From: Girardia tigrina
Lineage: Eukaryota
Length of the DNA stretch: 54,019 nucleotides
Assembly: GCA_001938485.1 (NCBI GenBank)
Contig: MQRK01222176.1
Location: 5,144 to 59,162, forward strand
Direction: 5' to 3'
Shown here: in pieces, positions 1-12,065 of the stretch
Position numbering within the stretch: position 1 is the first letter of the stretch
Layout of the letters: each line of letters opens with the position of its first letter
The notes under the pieces: generated by a model
Told to the model about the DNA's origin: nothing
The model's input: the letters and a program-made list of their open reading frames with translations, nothing else
Databases searched by the model: none
Translations under genes and position numbers: made by a program

Positions 1-2659
1 CTTTTTAGTCAATCAATTTTCTTCAAACTTTGCACACTTACTCATTCTCGATGACAATAAATGATCATGTGAAAATTTGATCAAAAAGAACTTTTTATGA
101 TCCCAAAATGAGAAAAAAATGCAAAATTCGGAATTCCCGAACAATATTAATTGCAGATATCTGATAGGACTAAATCAATGCAAAAATAATGTAGCGTTGG
201 AGAAAACTATGAGTTCTCCATTCGACCAATCAGATTATAATTTTTAAACAATCGAAGAACTATTTTTTTAGTATTTAAGATTCAAGAAAGTAACGACTGA
301 CTTTTGAATACAATAATATTAATTTTTTAAATCTACAGAAAAAACATATTCATTCTGGTTAAAACTTTATAAGCAAATCGAAAAATTGATTATATTACTT
401 ACAAAAATCTAAAAAAAATAATGAAAATCTTTCTAAGAAAAAGGGGGTCATCTTAGCACTATATTATCTTACTTAGCATTAACTTTTTACAATAATATTT
501 TACCAAATAAAAAAATATTTCGTTAAAAAATGGTTAAAATATATTTGAAATTAGCGAAAATGTAAAAAATAATTAATATTTATTATAATTATAATTATTA
601 TTATTTATTATAATTATTATTTATTATATATATTTTTAATATTTAAATTATTTATTAGTAATTTATTTTTAAAAATATTTTATTTTTACTAATTAAAAAT
701 CATATAAAATTATGATAGTTTGTACTTATTGTTAATATAATTGTAGTGCCTTACTTACTTACTATCCCTGATTGGATTTGTCACCTCTTACTAGTAAATG
801 TGCGTTTATTATTTTTTTGGTATTACTAAATTATTGTAATTTCTCATTATTTGAGGTTGCCAATTGTACGCATGTATGACAGTTTTATTTTTGTTTTTAT
901 TTTTTTTTACGACCATGTATTGCTTTTATTTGCTTTTATATTTTTTATAGGTAATTTTTTTGCATAGGAAAGATGGTTAAAATTTGTAATTGCTATTAGC
1001 GATAAAACAAAAATTTAAATGGCAATCAATAAAAAAATTGTTTTTTTTATTATTATTATTTTACGGACTGATAATTTTATGTGACTGAATTTGCTTTTAT
1101 TTGCTTCGACGATTGCTCCATCTCTGAAAAGTTTGAAGATCGAAGATTAAATTTTGACATTATTGCTCGATATACAAAATACCCATTGATTGAATCGAAG
1201 TCTTTGTAAAATCAGTGCTTAAATAAAAATCAAAGTGAGTTTCTTCGATTATTAAACACATCGTTATCGGGGCCTTTTCATCTACTAACCAAAAGTATAT
1301 TACTGAATTTTCATTAACGTTTGATCAGTTTGGAATATATTTTATTTGTTAGTTTGTTGATTATAAAACAATACAGTTTGATATAAAGTTTATCTATATA
1401 AATACTACCAAGTTCATCAAACTAAGTGGTTGAATAGCTTGGTATTCATATAATAGATAAGTCAATATATATTTGTATCTTCTTTTGCTTTGACAGATAA
1501 GTTGATTTATCAATCGCAGATATTATTACAATATTATTGGATTTTATCATCTATTCTAAAGAATTTTATTAAAAAGAATGATGTCAGTTTGTCTGTTCGT
1601 AATGTGTTTGGAGACAGTTCGAGCAAATATAACCAAACATTCCATAAACCTTTTTCCGTGTTTAATGAATAGTCAATGTCAACTTTGTCCCTATAAAAAT
1701 CAGCTTTGTCGTTGATACAGACCGCCTTGGTAGGTGCCTCCGCTAGTGTTATTTATGGTTTTTATTTATAACTTATTATATTTATGATTTATTTTTCTTA
1801 TTTAAATTGCCCTTAATAATATTTTCCTCATTTATATTATTATTTATACTTATTTATTTATTTAATATAAAATATATATGGTAAGTAAGTATGCACATAA
1901 TTTATACATGATTTAAGTTATTAAAGTTATTATTTACAAAACAATGAAATGCAAATTATAAGATAATTCCGTATGAAATATAAAAAAAATATTCTCTGTT
2001 ATTAAGACGAACTTTCTTTCTACGATGTCTTCATTAGAAGTTTCTAAAGAAAGAATTTAGGAACCTTAGTTAAGAAATTTGAAACAAAAATTTATCAGAC
2101 CAGGTGACTTAACATAAGTAACATACTTATGCGGTTAAAATAATATATATTCTACCTTTCAATCAATTTTTAGTGAATGTCTTCAGACTAGAGAATTGCA
2201 TCTTTAATTCATCATGTAAATAACTTTGATGAAAACAAAATTTAAGAATTGACACGGCCTAACTTTTTTGGTTGTAGTGTTTTAACAATAATCATTCACA
2301 GATATATAGAATTCATTAAATAAATAAAAATTGGCTATTATTATGCAAAATGTTTTAATAAATGATATTTTGACAATAGGGACTGAAGAATACATTAGCC
2401 CCACAGCAGCAATATATGAAAGTTAAATGTTTTATGCTAAAAATACACTTTTTTTAGCGAATTACAAACATACATGAGGCTTTTCTATTATCACAAGAAT
2501 GTTAGTTTCTAAAGTATGTTTTAATGATTATAGTTAAATAAATATGAGTGTTTTAGGACACATTGTGTGGTCTAATTCTATTTGTTATATGCCTTCCACG
2601 GATATTTTTGTATACAAAAAAGGCCGCAACCGTTACAATTGGAGCAAGGATCATTAAAG

Positions 2660-3342
2660 AAGACAATGCGTGTCACGCTGAGTGTTGCACCTCAGAAGTT
2701 CCATATCAACCTACTTCAGAGAATATATTGAAAGACACCCGCCGAGATTATGTAAAGGGTTTATTTCGAATTTTTCAGTATCATTGGTACAAGTAATTCC
2801 CTTAAATATAATTGTGTGTTTTAAAAATGAAAGTATTTTTACTGCAATTATAGTACGTCCACTGAATGAATCCTCATAAACTTCAGTAAAAATTTATAAA
2901 TCGCTTTTACAATTAATAGTTTTAACAACTTGTAAAAAGGTAGTCCAGCGTTTAAAAACCCACAAAACGAGTCAAGGACATATGAAAGCTGCAATGAAAC
3001 AATAACAAAGAAAATGAAAGTCCGTTTTGTTTCAGTTAAATGAGCAGTATAGTACAGTTCAAGCCTTTCGACGAGATATATTACTCAGACAGATTAGCAG
3101 TCTATGTTACATTGCACATCAAGGTCATACAATTTATGGACATATAAGTAATGAAGGTGACCTACATCAGCTATTGAATCTAGGAATTGAAGATATTGAC
3201 AGACTAGATTTTTGGATTAAAGAATGTAATTACACTTCAGCAGATATCCTTGATGACTCCTTCACTTATAAGGCAGGCTCATTTTTGTAATCTCTTATTA
3301 GACATTAGGAAAGCAAAATATTTTGCTTTATTAACTGATGAG
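2660..3342 (+). mobile_element. Decayed hAT transposase fragment (ZMYM/DUF4371-like N-terminal half)
   Basis: Translated pieces RIFQYHWYK, LLRQISSLCYIAHQGHTIYGH..EGDLHQLL and LLLDIRKAKYFALLTDE resemble ZMYM1-type hAT motifs (RxFQxxW, L.RQGLA.RGH, FALIADE); contains stops and frameshifts. Confidence 0.7.
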
Positions 3343-3369
3343 AAATATCAACAGAAAGGAGCACATTTG

Positions 3370-3773
3370 TTGATTTTGTGCATTTTTTGTGTTGATTCGG
3401 GTTGTGTCTCTCCTACGCAGATAGATGATTGGTATTTTCTTAGATTTAAAAATAATTTAATTTCATTTTTAAGTAAACAGATTTAAAATAATTTTCGAAT
3501 GTAATATTTAATTTTTAATGTAAAATATAATTTAATATATTTATTTAATTGGTACTTTTAAAAAATGTTTAGTATTAATTTTAAGCAATTAGAATCTTAA
3601 AAATTAATAATTATTAATAAACTTTTTCATTTATTGAAAAATTAGTATGAATTTAGAAATATATTAATCAAGAAAAATGTTAATTAGCGAAAGCCCTTCG
3701 AATAATTTTTGTCATGACACATCTGCTTTGGATGTTAATAAATGTTTAAAAAATCATATAGATGTTGTTAATA
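3370..3773 (+). mobile_element. 5'-truncated gypsy LTR, homologous to solo LTR 40959-41320
   Basis: Shares GTTGATTCGG.TTGTG.CTCTCCTAC.CAGAT.GATGATTG and the end GATGT.GTTAATA with 41005-41320. Confidence 0.65.
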
Positions 3774-4508
3774 TTATGTATGCTTTCCTTTTTTTTCAAA
3801 TTCAAACTATCCTCACCCAAAAGTTACAAATGTCTTCACATTATGCATAATTTTAGGTAGCATATTTTCATTTTTGCATTTAGAAAAGAAATCAACATTC
3901 TTTTTTCTTTTGAAATTTGATATTTATTTTCAAGAAAATAAAATCCCGGGATGGCTTGCTTCTCGAACAAGCGGTTGCAGTGATAGAGTCGCAATGTTGG
4001 GATTGAAGTTCGGGAATTTTTTGTTCGTGCTGGTATTCTTTTATTGTAGAGAGTATTTTAATCATACGTTTGTTCATTTAAAGCTTTTATTAAAATTAAA
4101 TAAAACTTATTTTATTCCTCTTTCAAATATAAAACTTTCAATAGAAACAATATGAAAATTTACGTTATTTTATCTGACAGTTTGTTCAACTATGTTTGAC
4201 TTATTCAGTTAATGAAATTCCACAGCTCTTCAATTATCTTTTGTTAGAAAATTGATTTCACGTTTTTCTCAATTGTACATTTAAATTTATATATAAGCAA
4301 ATATAATTTATATTATAAATAATACATATTTGTCATTTATAAATTACGAAAATTTACTTAAATATTAAAAATCCTTTTTATATAAAAAACATTGAGGTGC
4401 TCTGAGAAATTGTATACCATTTTTTTTCAAATTGGACACTTTTCTATAAATTATAAATTTAATAAATTTGTTTAAATAGTAATTAACAATCTATATTATT
4501 TTAAATCC

Positions 4509-4916
4509 ATGGAAGATCAACCAACAAAACCAACTCAAAATAACCGCCTAAATAAATACAGCAGCGTGTCTAATGAGAAAATACTAAGTCTTATCAGGCT
4601 AATTGACGATCTTGGGCATTCGATTAAAGAAGCATCATCAACTTTCGAGATAAATGCTTGAAATATCGTAAGAGAGAAACGAACCGTAAATAAAGTACTA
4701 AAGAAAGATACTGAAGGTGTACGTGGAGTTGTTATGAATCCTGAAATTTCATTGAAAATCGAAGAATTATTATCGGAAAATAATTTAACAATTTTAAAAG
4801 AGCTACAATTAAAAATTACTCAATCATTTAATACAAAAATTTCTTTATCTACAATCAACAAAGGAATTGGTGATATTTGGGTTTACAAGGAAGCTCAGAC
4901 ACAAAAAAACTTTTAG
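4509..4916 (+). mobile_element. Tc1/IS630-like transposase N-terminal (HTH) relic
   Basis: MEDQ..LIRLIDDLGHSIKEAS..; IEELLSENNLTILKELQLKI..KISLSTINK is typical of IS630-Tc1 HTH regions; internal stop, no DDE domain. Confidence 0.55.
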
Positions 4917-5438
4917 GGTAAATGCTGCTGGAAGCATTGATTTCTTAGAATAAATTGAAATAAATTGCTTGAAAAAGAACGTTCGACTTGTACTGGAGCA
5001 ATTATGCAGTGGATTTAAATGACGATCTATTGATTTCAGGAGTGAAACATTATTATCATTGTAGCTGAGTTATCTATAGAGGAGCTCTCGGTAATCTCTA
5101 CACAATTGGTCTCCCAACGGGCCGAGCATGGGAATCCAGGTCTTTCACTACCAGTCAAATTCGTTGATCTGATTCTGACGATCTCCAACGAGCTGGGATG
5201 TCCGATGTCTACATGAACACCATAATAATCACCATCAGATTCGGTGATCTCGGGCGACGATCGAGACGAGATGTGCGACTTTTTGCAACCGACGGAGGAC
5301 CGCACGATTAAGCGGTTTGGCACTCGGCTTACAGGAGCAGCGGGCTGCACTACAATCGTATTATTAACTACTATTATTTTTATTAATTATAATATAATTT
5401 ATTAATATTACCCTTTTATAGTATTCAATCTGTGAATC

Positions 5439-6388
5439 ATTATGTTTAAGACACTACAGCCCATAAATTAATATTCATAATGGACAAAAATAAAGCCGTC
5501 TCAATTTGTAACAACTTTAATTAAAATAATATATAAAAATTTAGGCAAATAATATGAATCAAAATGTGAATATATACCATAAAAGACTTGAGAGCATAAT
5601 GAAAATATTTTTTCGTCTTTTTTTTATATTTCAACAGCGAATATTAAATAATATAAAATATAAGTATATTTTCACTTGAATCCATTTCTGTGAATTTAAT
5701 AATTATGGTAATTATGAGTAGTTTTACATTTTCATTTTAAATTTCTCATATTCCATAAAACAAATTTTAACTGTTTTAAATACTGTTTTATAAGAAAAAA
5801 TGTTTATTTTGATTTAATAAACAAAAGTGTTTTAATTGTTTTAATTGTCAACATTGTGATTGTTTTGGAAAATGTGAAAGATGACAAAATTATGAAAACC
5901 TTTCACAACGAATGTGGCAGAAATATGTCTCAATCCAACCCTTTAATAATATGATAATGGAATGTAAAATATTTAGACAAAATTTCAGTCTATTTAGTAT
6001 AAATATTTTTATATGTTTCTGCTAATTTGTCTTTAAATGATTTTTAATCGAATTTTAATAAACATTTTTTTCATCAGTTTATTAGTAAACATTTAGTAAA
6101 ATAATTAATTAAATTAAAGTCTACTTTTGACAAAAAATAATAGTTGAAAAATTGTAAAAAAAATATAAAACATAATTATTTTGTTACAATAGAATTAATG
6201 AAAATTAACAAAAGATCAAGAAACAAAGGATAAAACCTGAAAAATATTATTAATTATTTTGGGCTACCAGATTATTAAAGCCGGTAAGAGGACAATTATT
6301 ATGTTTAAGACACTACATCCCATAAATAAATATTCAAAATGAACGAATTGAAGCCGTCTCCATTTGTAACAACTTTGATTAAAATAAT
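5439..6388 (+). repeat. Two ~90-bp direct repeats (5439-5530 and 6298-6388)
   Basis: ATTATGTTTAAGACACTACA.CCCATAAAT.AATATTCA...AAGCCGTCTC.ATTTGTAACAACTTT.ATTAAAATAAT is present twice. Confidence 0.85.
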
Positions 6389-6461
6389 TGATCACAAAAT
6401 GTGGACAGACGAATCTTTGTTTCACCTATCTGGAGCAGTGTCACGACGCAACAACGTTCGT
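6389..6461 (+). mobile_element. Short Tc1/mariner-superfamily DDE fragment
   Basis: MWTDESLFHLSGAVSRRNNVRY matches the W(S/T)DE.xFHL.G.VN..N.RYW motif. Confidence 0.6.
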
Positions 6462-6770
6462 TATCCAGTTGATGCAACTTTCGTCATCCATTCATCTGTT
6501 TTCTTATACATGGATGATTACTCCTTTTGGAAATTTATCGCTTTTAGAAAATGTTTTTTGTTTGAAAATTACCATAGGTTGCAATTAGGTCCCATCTGCT
6601 AGGCAGATAAGGATTACAGTGAAACTTGTTTCTCGTGGCCAGTTGTCTTAATCCAAATTGATTTTCCTGCCAGCCTTGCTAACGGTTTTGTTTCCAATCA
6701 TATAAAAAATCAGAGTTCCGTCCATATGCCAAATATTTGTAGCAAGTATAGGGTATTCCAAAAGCAATGA
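6462..6770 (-). mobile_element. pogo/Tigger transposase fragment, same family as 10213-12065
   Basis: Direct nucleotide similarity to 10893-11163; translates WHMDGTLIFYMIGNKTVSKAG. Confidence 0.8.
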
Positions 6771-6859
6771 GAGGAAATTATTTTGTATGCATATCTGACA
6801 AAATAAAAGAAAATACAAAGTTAATAGTACAACTGTATCTACCAACATACAGAGAGTAT

Positions 6860-7125
6860 TCTGAATGGAATCATATTTGCAGTTGTTTTCCCTGCAAGGT
6901 GTGATTCACTGTTCAAACCGCTCATACTCTGCATGACATGCTCTTTTTAACATGTCCTGTCGGATTTCTTTAATGCTGCACTATATCTTGTCTCAGAGCT
7001 CAGCAATAGTAGCAGGCCTTTTGCACTACACATGTTCCATCAGGTAGCCCCAGAGAAAGTAATCACACACTTACGTCAGGTGAATGAGGGGACCAACCTA
7101 TTGGACCACCTCAACTGATATGGAT
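6860..7125 (-). mobile_element. Tc1/mariner-superfamily transposase C-terminal fragment
   Basis: GPIGWSPHSPDV..CDYFLWGYLMEHV..PATIAEL matches WPPRSPDLTPCDFFLWGYLK..V...P.TI.EL. Confidence 0.75.
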
Positions 7126-8075
7126 TCATTAATTTAAAATAAAATAATGTTTTTAATAGATTAATTTTTAATTTTGTTAAAATCTTATTATCTTAAAAAA
7201 TCCGGACAGTCATATGTTTTGTTTATTACCTTGTGTGATATTAAATATGAGCGTTTTTCCTGCAATATATGTTAAAAATGTGTATATTTTGGGGATGAAA
7301 ACAGGTTAAGCTGATAGAAATTTTCCTAAATTGTCATTATACATAATTTGAATTTAAAATAAAATATCCGAACGAATGGTCACCCTAAGTTAGTTATTAT
7401 TTTATTTATCCTAAAAACTTATTTAGAAAAGTCAAATTTATTATTATTATTTTGAAAATTAAATAACGAAATTCATAAATCCAAAAACTATATATATAAA
7501 TTTTATAAGAAAAAAAGCAATTTCAAATTAAAAAAAATGTTAATTCAATATTTCTAAAGATTCACCAAAATTAAAAAAAAATTATTTAAAACCACACAAA
7601 AATGGAAATATGTTAATTTAAAATTATCATAAACAAACAAAATAAAAAACAATTTAAAAACACTAAAAATAATTAACAGAAAAATCTAAAATCCTAAAAA
7701 AAATAAAACAGCAAAAATAAAATTTTGGTAATTTTGTATTCTCATTCAATTTTTTTTCAAACAAAATAAACGCAGCTAACAAATACAATAATAAAATTTA
7801 ATTGAATTTAATAAGAAAAAAAATAATCTCCACGAAAATCACAAATTTTATTTGCCTTCATTTAGGACCAATTATACTAAATCAAACAAAAGGTTTCATT
7901 TTATTTTTTATTCCATCTGAAATATTTTATCAATATTTATCTAAAACAAATATTTTTTTAAAGAAAAATAATTTTTGAAGAAATTAATGTAAAAAAAAAT
8001 ATTTTTTCCTTTAAAATAAAGCATTTATTTTATTAGATTTATAACTTAAAAGTAACTTAAATTCATTAGAAGTAA

Positions 8076-8487
8076 ATAAATATTAAAAAATTATTTATTC
8101 ATAAATATTTATGTATTTATATCATTTGTTTTAATCTTAATATATAATCATAAAATTTATTGTTTCCTTCATTAATGAATGAAAAGGAATCTGATTTAAA
8201 TTAATCATAATATGTAATGATACATAGAAATGTTAAATATCTTAATATATTAATATTAAATAAATATTAAAAAAATAATAAATATCAATATCAATAAATA
8301 TTAATAAATATTAAAAAAATATTTATTCATAAATATTTATGTATTTATATCATTTGTTTTAATCTTAATATATAATCATAAAATTTATTGTTTCCTTCAT
8401 TAATGAATGTAAAGGAATCTGATTTAAATTAATCATCATATGTAAAGATACATAGAAATGTTAAATATCTTAATATATTAATATTAA
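8076..8487. repeat. Tandem duplication, period ~228 bp
   Basis: A ~185-bp block (…TTATTCATAAATATTTATG…GATACATAGAAATGTTAAATATC…) at ~8076 recurs at ~8304 with few mismatches. Confidence 0.85.
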
Positions 8488-8701
8488 TTACTGTTATATT
8501 AATAAAAATAAATAAGAAATTCAAAAGTATCTCAATACGAAGATAATTCGATGACCAAAATAAAACAAAAACAGTTTTAATATTTTATATTGGTTGGGCA
8601 AAAAATCGCATTTTTCAGATAACTACTTTGCTTTTGCAATCATTGAATTACTCCTACAAATAAATTTTAATATCAATTTTATAGATACAAATATTTTTGG
8701 A

Positions 8702-9454
8702 AATATATATATATATATATATATATATATNNNNNNNNNNNNNNNNNNNNNNNNNNNNNNNNNNNNNNNNNNNNNNNNNNNNNNNNNNNNNNNNNNNNNN
8801 NNNNNNNNNNNNNNNNNNNNNNNNNNNNNNNNNNNNNNNNNNNNNNNNNNNNNNNNNNNNNNNNNNNNNNNNNNNNNNNNNNNNNNNNNNNNNNNNNNNN
8901 NNNNNNNNNNNNNNNNNNNNNNNNNNNNNNNNNNNNNNNNNNNNNNNNNNNNNNNNNNNNNNNNNNNNNNNNNNNNNNNNNNNNNNNNNNNNNNNNNNNN
9001 NNNNNNNNNNNNNNNNNNNNNNNNNNNNNNNNNNNNNNNNNNNNNNNNNNNNNNNNNNNNNNNNNNNNNNNNNNNNNNNNNNNNNNNNNNNNNNNNNNNN
9101 NNNNNNNNNNNNNNNNNNNNNNNNNNNNNNNNNNNNNNNNNNNNNNNNNNNNNNNNNNNNNNNNNNNNNNNNNNNNNNNNNNNNNNNNNNNNNNNNNNNN
9201 NNNNNNNNNNNNNNNNNNNNNNNNNNNNNNNNNNNNNNNNNNNNNNNNNNNNNNNNNNNNNNNNNNNNNNNNNNNNNNNNNNNNNNNNNNNNNNNNNNNN
9301 NNNNNNNNNNNNNNNNNNNNNNNNNNNNNNNNNNNNNNNNNNNNNNNNNNNNNNNNNNNNNNNNNNNNNNNNNNNNNNNNNNNNNNNNNNNNNNNNNNNN
9401 NNNNNNNNNNNNNNNNNNNNNNNNNNNNNNNNNNNNNNNNNNNNNNNNNNNNNN
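8702..9454. other. (TA)n microsatellite running into an assembly gap (N 8731-9454)
   Basis: Seen directly; similar (TA)n-flanked gaps occur at ~14475-14524 and ~28264-28313. Confidence 0.95.
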
Positions 9455-9589
9455 ACTCGTGCATCTGTGCATAATTTGTCTAATGTTACCCTAATGTTGT
9501 GTTCTATTTGCTTGTTTGTATACATATTGTCCTTCAAGCGTCTTCTAAGAATATTTAAACCCTGATTTGCAATATATATATATATATAT

Positions 9590-9950
9590 ATTAAACAAAA
9601 ATAACACCATTTTAATTTTAAATTTTTATTGGAAAACATGTTTCGCCACTTTTGTGGCATCTTCAGTTCTGTATTTAATTAGAAAGTTATTGTTTATATA
9701 GAAAAATGACCATTACGTCACAGTGTGTTACGTCAAAATACTATAATATGATTGGACGAATCACTTTGCACATTTAGACTAGGTTTACAAAACTTTATCA
9801 AGAGTACTTCAGTAATTGTCATTTCATAATTGTGATCAAAGTTACTAATCAAAACCCGAAAATCATTATCAAATACCCTCCTTTGAGTTCCATGACATTT
9901 CACTATGTGGTCCAAAATTGAGCTTTTTCTACTTGATTGGGAACTGATGA
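9590..9950 (-). mobile_element. Penelope-like element 3' end (GIY-YIG C-terminus plus pLTR), subfamily A
   Basis: SSRKSSILDHIVKC..EVLLIKFCKPSLNVQSDSSNHI is homologous to 19360-19617; followed by a hammerhead motif and (TA)n. Confidence 0.8.
9632..9669 (-). ncRNA. Minimal type I hammerhead ribozyme
   Basis: Minus strand GAA-CUGAAGA-U-GCCAC-AAAA-GUGGC-GAAA-CAU-GUU-UUC: core, 5-bp stem II, palindromic ACAUGU stem III, GAA/UUC stem I. Confidence 0.8.
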
Positions 9951-10212
9951 GAACATTTAAAAGGCGAAAGAGGTTGTTGAAGAAGAACATGTGATAAGTA
10001 TAAATTCTGAGATGTAAAAATGGTAAAAAAACTCTTTTTGGGCTCCCTTTATAAAACCTGTACCTACAAGCATAATTTAAAATAAACAATTATTTCATAA
10101 TAATATTTCTTAATGTTAGCCAACATTTTCTATTTATTACATGTAAAGCTTTTTGTAAAATTTACACTGTTGTTGTTGAATCAATAAATGTAGCGAAAAA
10201 TAATTACAAACA

Positions 10213-12065
10213 CCGTATTTTCCATCTAATAAGCTGAATTTCTAGCCCGAAATTTCAGACTTGATTTTTTGGGTTCGGCTTATTAGCCGATCATCATTTC
10301 TGTGAATAAACTCGATTTGTTCATAATAGGTACATGCATCACAAATGGCATGTATTCAAAGAAATTAGTATGAAAATTCAAAATCTAAAAAAATTATTCA
10401 AATCGATCAAATTAATCATCAAAAGATTAGAATAATAGATTCCAATCCTCGGCAGAGACTTGGTCGTGGTAGGGGTCATTCTTTGGTGTTATTGGCTATC
10501 TCTTCGTCGTCTAACCACAACATATCGTCTTCCGTTCCATCCATTGCATTTGAAAAGCTACATTTTTGAATGATTTCTTGAGAGTTTCAACTCTAATATC
10601 ATCAAGTGATTTCACAACCTGCTCACAGATGGTTGCGAGTGGTAGCACGCATATTTCCAGCAACAGTAAAATTGTGATCGTCGCAAACAATCCAGTTATT
10701 ACTGTATTGATAGAGTCTCCCTTTAAAAGGTTTAATTAAACATACATTTAATGACTGCATCACTGATGTCATCCCACTCGGAATAACTGCAATATCAGTA
10801 TTGCATCTTTTGATAAAGTGGAATTCAAACATATTCAAAACGAGAAAGGTCTAGTTTTTCTCAGCTTGCCAGGATGACGCACCTAGACTTCTGTTATCCA
10901 GTAAATGCAAATTTTGTCATCTATCCATTCATTTTCTTATACATGGACGATTACTCCTTTTGGAAATTTCTCTTTTTTAGGAAATTTTTTTCGTTTGAAA
11001 ATTATCATAGGTGGCAATTTGGTCCAATCTGCTAGGCAGGTTAGGACTACAATAAAACTTCTCTTAATCCAAATTAGTTTTCTCGCCAGTCTTAAGAAAG
11101 GTTTTGTTTCCAATCATATAAAAACCAGAGTTTCGTCCATACTCCAAACATTTGTAGCAAGTAGTTGTTTTTTGGTGCTGAGGAATGATAAATTTATGAA
11201 AAGAGGTGATTTTATGTTCCAACTTACTTTGCAATTTCTGCCGTCATCTTCGTTTTCTCTCGAGGTAAAAGGTTATGCCGCTTCATGAAGCGAGTACACC
11301 AGCTGTTGTTTGCCTTGAAGTCTCCTGAATTTTCTTCTGTAAATCGACCAGTCCACTTTAGTACATAAATATAGATCTAGATATTTATGACAGCCAGACT
11401 ATTCTGTGAGATCTCATTCACCTATATAGCTACATCTTCTTCTAATTTTTGCCATTTCTGTTGATTTTTTTTGTTACATTTACTTGTTTTCGACATTTGT
11501 TTACGCACACATTCTGCATTCTTCCATTCACGGATTTGTTTCTTCTTCACACAGTAATTGCAAGTGGCTTTCATATTTGAGGTTTTTTAGGCTAACTCTA
11601 ATACTTTTAGTTTAAAAGCAGTATAATAACGGATTCTTCTTTTTTCATGTGTAGACATTTTTGATTTTTGAGGGTACAATGATAAACCCCCAACTGCATA
11701 CATCTGGTATTTAAATATCACATATAAATCAACACAAAATATAAAATCAATACCAGATGTACGTCAGGGGAAATAATATAGACGTGAGAAAAGCGTGGTC
11801 TGCTGAATGCCCCTGTCGTCATCAACGCTAACTCATCACTGATCTTCTCAAACAGTAAAAATTGTCAAAATTAATTACAATATGTAAAAAGATGTAATTA
11901 CAATATGTTTATTTTAATTACAATGTAGAGTATCTAACAGGCCACCAATAATTTGACATCTTTATGACATTCGAAGAGGTAAGTAAGAAAGCGATCCAAA
12001 AAATTGTTGTGTGGAAATTTTTCGATTCTTAAAAATGGTCTCGGCTTATTAGGCAGAAAATTCGG
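10213..12065 (-). mobile_element. pogo/Tigger (POGK-like) DNA transposon, decayed but near full length
   Basis: Imperfect TIRs CCGTATTTTCCATCTAATAAGC / CCGAATTTTCTGCCTAATAAGC; transposase relic ~11660-10540 with YYTAFKLKVL, FKANNSWCTRFMKRHNL, KLPPMIIFK and DIAVIPSGMTSVMQSLNVCLIKPFK. Confidence 0.85.

Noticed and set aside
3940-4020. CCCGGGA and AACCGGTT palindromic motifs (also near 13197, 41575 and 50395)
   Set aside because: Probably orphan hAT-type termini, but no partner ends or TSDs could be established
8594-9660. Long ORFs in the track with poly-X and IYIYIY (also at 14355-14620 and 28031-28492)
   Set aside because: Artefacts of N gaps and (TA)n tracts
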